In this document: positions 58,241 to 64,000 of the stretch, piece after piece | How the letters are laid out: every line of letters starts with the position of its first letter | How positions within the stretch are numbered: the first letter of the stretch is position 1 | From: Eledone cirrhosa | Lineage: Eukaryota | Reading direction: 5' to 3' | Assembly: GCA_964016885.1 (NCBI GenBank) | Contig: OZ024742.1 | Span: 195,176,001 to 195,240,000 of the forward strand | DNA: 64,000 nt | The notes under the pieces: generated by a model | Told to the model about the DNA's origin: nothing | What the model saw: only the letters and a program-made list of their open reading frames with translations | Database searches by the model: none | Translations under genes and position numbers: made by a program

Positions 58241-58386
58241 TCCTATACGAGCACGACAACCAATCTTGCTTCAAGGAGGAAAACTCCCGTCCAAACCCTG
58301 GCAAGCGTGGAAGATGGACGTTAGACGATGATGATGATGATGATATATATATATATATATATATACATACATGTATATACACAAAC

Positions 58387-58475
<89 letters not shown>

Positions 58476-58844
58476 CATACACGTATATGTTTTCATACAT
58501 ATATACATATATAAAGATATATCGTAATATTAGAAGGTATATTCTAGACAATTTGAGACAGAAAGAGAACGATGAGTAATAACGAATGTGTTGTACACCA
58601 TAAATGTCTTTTGTTTGTCGACTTCAAGATGGATGACAAAGGAGAATGTCTGCCTAATTCTCTTTCGCAAATTATACATTTAAAACTATATTGGCTTTTT
58701 CATATCTTGTTTTTTGTTTCGCATTCAGCGATATATATATGTATGTGTGTCTGTTCCCGCGTGTGTGCATACATGTATATATATATAAATATACGCACAT
58801 GTATATATATGTGTATGTAATATATATATATATAGATGTATATA

Positions 58845-58940
<96 letters not shown>

Positions 58941-58977
58941 CATATATATATATAAATATAAATAAATATATATATAC

Positions 58978-59049
<72 letters not shown>

Positions 59050-59051
59050 GC

Positions 59052-59191
<140 letters not shown>

Positions 59192-59261
59192 CGTTTCTGA
59201 ATTTGTTTAGCAAGATTCTTTATCTGAAATCGTGTATAACAATATATATATATATATATAT

Positions 59262-59393
<132 letters not shown>

Positions 59394-59633
59394 TATATTT
59401 GGTCGGATACGTTACTACATTCTGTGTTCCAGAACTTCTTAAACTCCATATATAATTAGTATAACGTATATAGACAAATGCCCGACAGAGCAATACGTTG
59501 CTATAAAAACTATTTTATACACGAATATATGTATATGAGTGAATGTCTGTGTGTGTGTATGTGAATGTGAGTGTATGTGCATATATCTATACACACATAT
59601 ACATATACACGCACATATATATATACATGCATC

Positions 59634-59666
<33 letters not shown>

Positions 59667-59858
59667 GCACATAAATACATACATACGTATGTATATATGC
59701 ATATATATACGCATATATATGTATATATATACGCATATATATATATGTACATATATATAGAGTAGAACTGCATATTTGACTTTTGAAATATTCTTTACCT
59801 TTATATGGTTATATTATTGTATTATCAATATACACATACAAACATACATATATATGCG

Positions 59859-59930
<72 letters not shown>

Positions 59931-59956
59931 TCTATCTGTGTATGTGTAATGCATAT

Positions 59957-60078
59957 GATCTGAGTTCAAAACCCGCCGAGGTTAACTTTGCCTTTCATCC
60001 TTACGGGGTCGATAAAATAAAGTACCAGTAATGCACTGGGATAATTGCTGGCCTTGTGCCAAAAGTAGAAATAATTAT
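59957..60078 (+). mobile_element. 5'-truncated tRNA-derived SINE
   Basis: B box and Meta-domain-like body. Confidence 0.85.
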
Positions 60079-60129
60079 TGTATTATCAACTCATCTAAAT
60101 TCTTTATATATATATATATATATATATAT

Positions 60130-60322
60130 AACGAAGGAAATGTGGTAAGGAACCAGGTGGACCATAACGCACCAAAGTACTCAATACTTAGGGTAGTAGA
60201 GTGGGTAATAGGAACGAGTAGGACCCCGACGGCTGAGCTCAAGCCGTTTCGACGGCTAATTCTGGACCCAGAATTAGCCGTCGAAACGGCTTGAGCTCAG
60301 CCGTCGGGGTCCTACTCGTTCC

Positions 60323-60325
<3 letters not shown>
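60130..60325 (-). mobile_element. second copy of the hairpin element (58-bp perfect arms)
   Basis: Arms 60208-60265 and 60268-60325. Confidence 0.85.
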
Positions 60326-60354
<29 letters not shown>

Positions 60355-60356
<2 letters not shown>

Positions 60357-60456
60357 TGTGATTCTACAGGACTTGAACTGTTTCATTCTTTAGAAATCAT
60401 CAGGATTCTGATGATTTCTAAAGAATGAAACAGTTCTTGTCCTGTAGAATTTCATC
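60355..60456. repeat. ~100-bp near-perfect palindrome with hammerhead core motifs on both strands
   Basis: ...TTTCATTCTTTAGAAATCATCAG-GATT-CTGATGATTTCTAAAGAATGAAA... Confidence 0.8.
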
Positions 60457-60896
60457 TATATTAAAACTTTTATACTCTGCAATGTATAAAAAATACATTG
60501 CAGAGTATAAAAAAAAAAATACATTGCAGAGTATAAAAAAAAAAAAAAAATGGCGTAAAAAAAAAAAATGGCGTAGACATACAACACAACAGGAGGAACA
60601 ATGAATATAACACCACTGACGATGTTGCAGATGTGCAACGAAAGATTTATGTAAATTATGTAAACTATATATATGTGTTTGTGTCTATATTGTATCTGTA
60701 TTATTTTTGACCACCGGTCAGTCAATGGCAACATTGAGGACCGAGTAAGTTAGATCGCAGATATATATATATATATAAAAGACAGCGAGAAGCGAAAACC
60801 AACCAAACAGTGAGTGTGTTCTGTTATTAATTCTGGCAATATTACGCAAATATGACCCTCCCCAAATATATATATATATATATATATATATCCGAG

Positions 60897-61278
60897 TGAG
60901 CACTCGATGTTTAGGTTCACATCAGTATCGAGGTGTAGAGCTAGACAGAGTGTAGTATAATAATTGTTTCTACTTTTGGCACAAAGTCAGCAATTACCTC
61001 AGTGCATTACTGGTACTTTATTTTGTCGACCCCCGTAAGGATGAAAGGCAAAGGTAACCTCGGCAGGATTTGACCGCAAAGGGACGTAACTCTATGCTGT
61101 AAAGCCTGGCGTCCGACCCTCTACCGATACTGAATGCAAAGACGAATGGTTACTCCTTCATTTTGTTTATTGGTTGGTAACGCGCGTTTGGCTACTGATC
61201 ATCTCAAGGTTCGATCTGTATCGATCTAGCCTGACTGTGAAATGAAAAGCTCGTCGAACCTCTGTGGTAGTAATCACA
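60897..61278 (-). mobile_element. pLTR-like element (family of 47871-48143) interrupted by a SINE at about 60960-61132
   Basis: GTGAGCACTCGATGTTTAGGTTCAC is the reverse complement of 48119-48143; 61164-61275 matches 47871-47980. Confidence 0.8.
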
Positions 61279-61347
61279 ATGAATATACATGGTGCACAAA
61301 AATGCCTAATGTTCTAATGTTCATATGTTGGTATATATATATATATA

Positions 61348-62055
61348 TACAAGTTAATATAAATTAATATATATGATAAACACTAATACCAACATATAAG
61401 TGTTTGTATTGTAAATGACCAAGTTAGCTAGATTGAATTTCACGGCTCAGAAATACTTCTTTCTTTGAGCTATTTCATTGTAAAAGACTGTTTGAGTTTA
61501 GAACTCTATATTCATAGTATTACGGCTCCTTCTGTCGAGCTAATTTTAGTCGCATAAAAACGGCTGTTATTTCTAGCAGCACGAGTATGCGGTAGCTAGA
61601 CACTGAGAAACCATGTGCGTTGATCAGTCTTCTTAAATATTTTGAAGTGAAACATACCAATTTTCTGGTACTTGCTGATGAGAACTGAATATGGTATTTT
61701 TTCACTTTTTCAATTATCGAAACTTATTTGGATTTTGAAGTTTAAACTTATCTACGGAACAGGTTTGGATTTTGAAATTTAAATTTGTCCAAGTACCACG
61801 GCCATTGCCTATATGGATTTGTTTTTATTGATTTATTATTTTAAATCGAGACAGGCAAATTGTATTAATATAATTAGTATTTTTCAATCTAGCTAACTTG
61901 GTCATTTACAATACAAACACTTATATGTTGGTATTAGTCTTTATCATATATATTAATTTATATTAACTTGTATTTCACAGCTCAGAAATACTTCTTTCTT
62001 TGAGCTATTTCATTGTAAAGGACTGTTTGTGTTTAGAACTCTATTTTCATAGTAT
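61348..62055 (+). mobile_element. retrozyme/pLTR-like non-autonomous element, 535-bp unit
   Basis: Inverted A (61348-61437 vs 61883-61972), direct B (61438-61520 vs 61973-62055), central hammerhead, (TA)n on both sides. Confidence 0.82.
61666..61798 (+). ncRNA. type I hammerhead ribozyme with long G-U-rich stem III
   Basis: TGGTACTTG-CTGATGA-...-GAAAC-(24-bp helix)-GTC-CAAGTACCA; 9-bp stem I, GUC at 61787-61789; stem II is imperfect. Confidence 0.8.
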
Positions 62056-62119
62056 ATATATATATGTATATTTATTATTTATTAAAATAACAGATTTTAG
62101 TCTTCAAATTTATTATTAT

Positions 62120-62192
<73 letters not shown>

Positions 62193-62707
62193 TGAGAGAG
62201 AGAGAGATTTTGCATAAAAATAACTTTAACATTAATAAATAACAATAAACTATATATAATAAAATAACAATTGAAATCGCCAGTAGGGGGGGGGGTAACG
62301 TTACTGCAGGGTTGTTTTACACCTCGTGGATAGAAGAACCCTCAACACCAGGAACACGTTTTGTAGGTGTTCCCGTCTTCCCTCTGTTTATCTTCCTCAA
62401 CCTACAGGTTTATATACAGAGAAGGCCCATTCACTGGGGCCATTTTTGCCACAGATAGATAGATAGATAGAAAGAGATAGAGGGAGAGAGAGAGATATAT
62501 ATACACATATATAAATACATATACGTACATACATATATTCATATATATACATATATATATATATATATACATATACGTATATACATACATGTATACATAT
62601 ATATATATACATAAACGTACATACATACATATATACGTATATTGGATATTCGTACCATTTGTGCACTACAATAACCAGCTAAATGAACTTTTAGTCACCA
62701 GCACGTG

Positions 62708-62759
<52 letters not shown>

Positions 62760-63181
62760 GAGTGTGTATGTGTATGACTGGCAACCCACCATAACCTGTT
62801 TAGCTCTTTATATATCCAACTACCCTTTACTCTATATCTCTATATACATATACATCCTTACATATACATCCATATGTATGCATTCATATATATACATCAA
62901 TATATAATCAAATGACATTTTATTTATGCCATCTTTAATTTTCCGTCTGTTTGGTAGCTGTTTCTAGCATGAGCGTGCTAGTGACGGCCTGCCGTTTTTT
63001 GGTGTATGTCTTAAAGTATGTTTGTCTGTGAATGAATTGGGTCGTCAAGTATGAAAATTGTAGAAATTTGTTTTTATCTACAAATTTCTACAAATTTCAT
63101 ACTTGAAGAAGCAATATATATATTTATTAAATCTTTTGATTAAATCTTAACCAGTTAACATCTCAGGGTATGTCATATATC

Positions 63182-63244
63182 ATTATATTTTGTCTGATGA
63201 GGACGTACTGTTGTACATCCGAAATATGTATAATAAAATGTAAT
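63182..63244 (+). ncRNA. type I hammerhead ribozyme
   Basis: ATTATATTTTGT-CTGATGA-GGACGTAC(TGTT)GTACATCC-GAAAT-ATGT-ATA-ATAAAATGTAAT; 12-bp stem I. Confidence 0.85.
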
Positions 63245-63380
63245 TGATAAAAAGAACATCTATTTTATTAATATTTGTATTTTAATATTAATAAATCTGG
63301 AAAATTATTTTTTCATAGAGTGCTTCCAATCTACTGTAAATCTCATTCTTTGATATACTCATTGAATATTGTTTAACTCC

Positions 63381-63439
<59 letters not shown>

Positions 63440-63440
63440 T

Positions 63441-64000
63441 CATCATCATCATCATCATCAACTTTTAACGTCCGTGTTCCACGCTTGCATGGGTTTGGAC
63501 GGGGGTAGTCCCACTTGAGGCAAGAGTGATTGTCTTGCTCGCATAGGACTGTCTGGCAGGTTTTCTACAGTTGGATGCCCTTCCTAACACCAACCACATT
63601 TACAGTGTGGGTCTGGGAGGTTTTTACCGTGTTGCCTACACGGCCACATTACAGCGTGGACTGTGTGTTTTTTTGTCGTGACACCTACACGATCTCATTT
63701 GTTTCGGCCTCGATGGCGCGGCACCAACATAACTTTACATAGAACGGGGTGGTGTGGATGGGGGGGGGGGTATTTTGTTAGAGATGCCTACTGGCTGTAG
63801 TAGGTTTTACTATGTATTTAGGTAAGGCGGGTCTTCTCTGTTACTGAGTACCGCCAAAGGTCTCGGTCCAGTGACATTGTCTTGGAGAGGTGTAAGTGTG
63901 TGAAGTCGGAGTTTATCAGCTCGTCCCAGGTTTTTCTAGGTCTGCCTATTCCGTGGCTACCGTCTATCTTTATTGCCCTGCACTTTGTTATACAGCTATC
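63441..64000 (-). mobile_element. 3' end of an RTE/BovB-like LINE with (GAT)n tail
   Basis: Minus translation DSCITKCRAIKIDGSHGIGRPRKTWDELINSD...DRDLWR* (stop at 63818-63820). 3' end CCCGTCCAAACCCATGCAAGCGTGGAA..CGGACGTTA is also seen at 58286-58345. Confidence 0.85.

Overview
Repeat-saturated animal genomic DNA with no host protein-coding exon that I can support. The SINE repertoire and the dense (TA)n/(CA)n/(GA)n tracts suggest an octopus or other coleoid cephalopod (inference). Nearly all long ORFs in the track are artefacts of micro- and minisatellites. The real coding remnants are transposons: RTE-like LINEs (450-2668, 27500-28800, 44029-44400, 63441-64000), L1/Tx1-like pieces (6150-6900, 45087-47867), a CRE-like RLE element (55600-56490), Tc1/mariner fragments, and a Penelope-like element (48481-51250) with Naiad-type Cys motifs and a GIY-YIG endonuclease. 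There are also two non-autonomous Helitrons and many tRNA-derived SINEs. The main hidden signal is a set of short non-coding inserts, dissimilar in sequence, sitting in (TA)n tracts. They carry type I hammerhead ribozyme folds (about 9 largely intact and about 8 degenerate, folded by eye) and often a 5' inverted duplication whose breakpoint falls at the ribozyme. They look like a non-autonomous, retrozyme-like population dependent on the Naiad/Penelope machinery. Also notable: a tRNA-headed SINE with a swapped tail and Penelope-like insertion hallmarks, a covarying box C/D-type kink-turn repeat, and a twin-priming inversion in an RTE copy. All folds and family calls are manual and unverified by computation.
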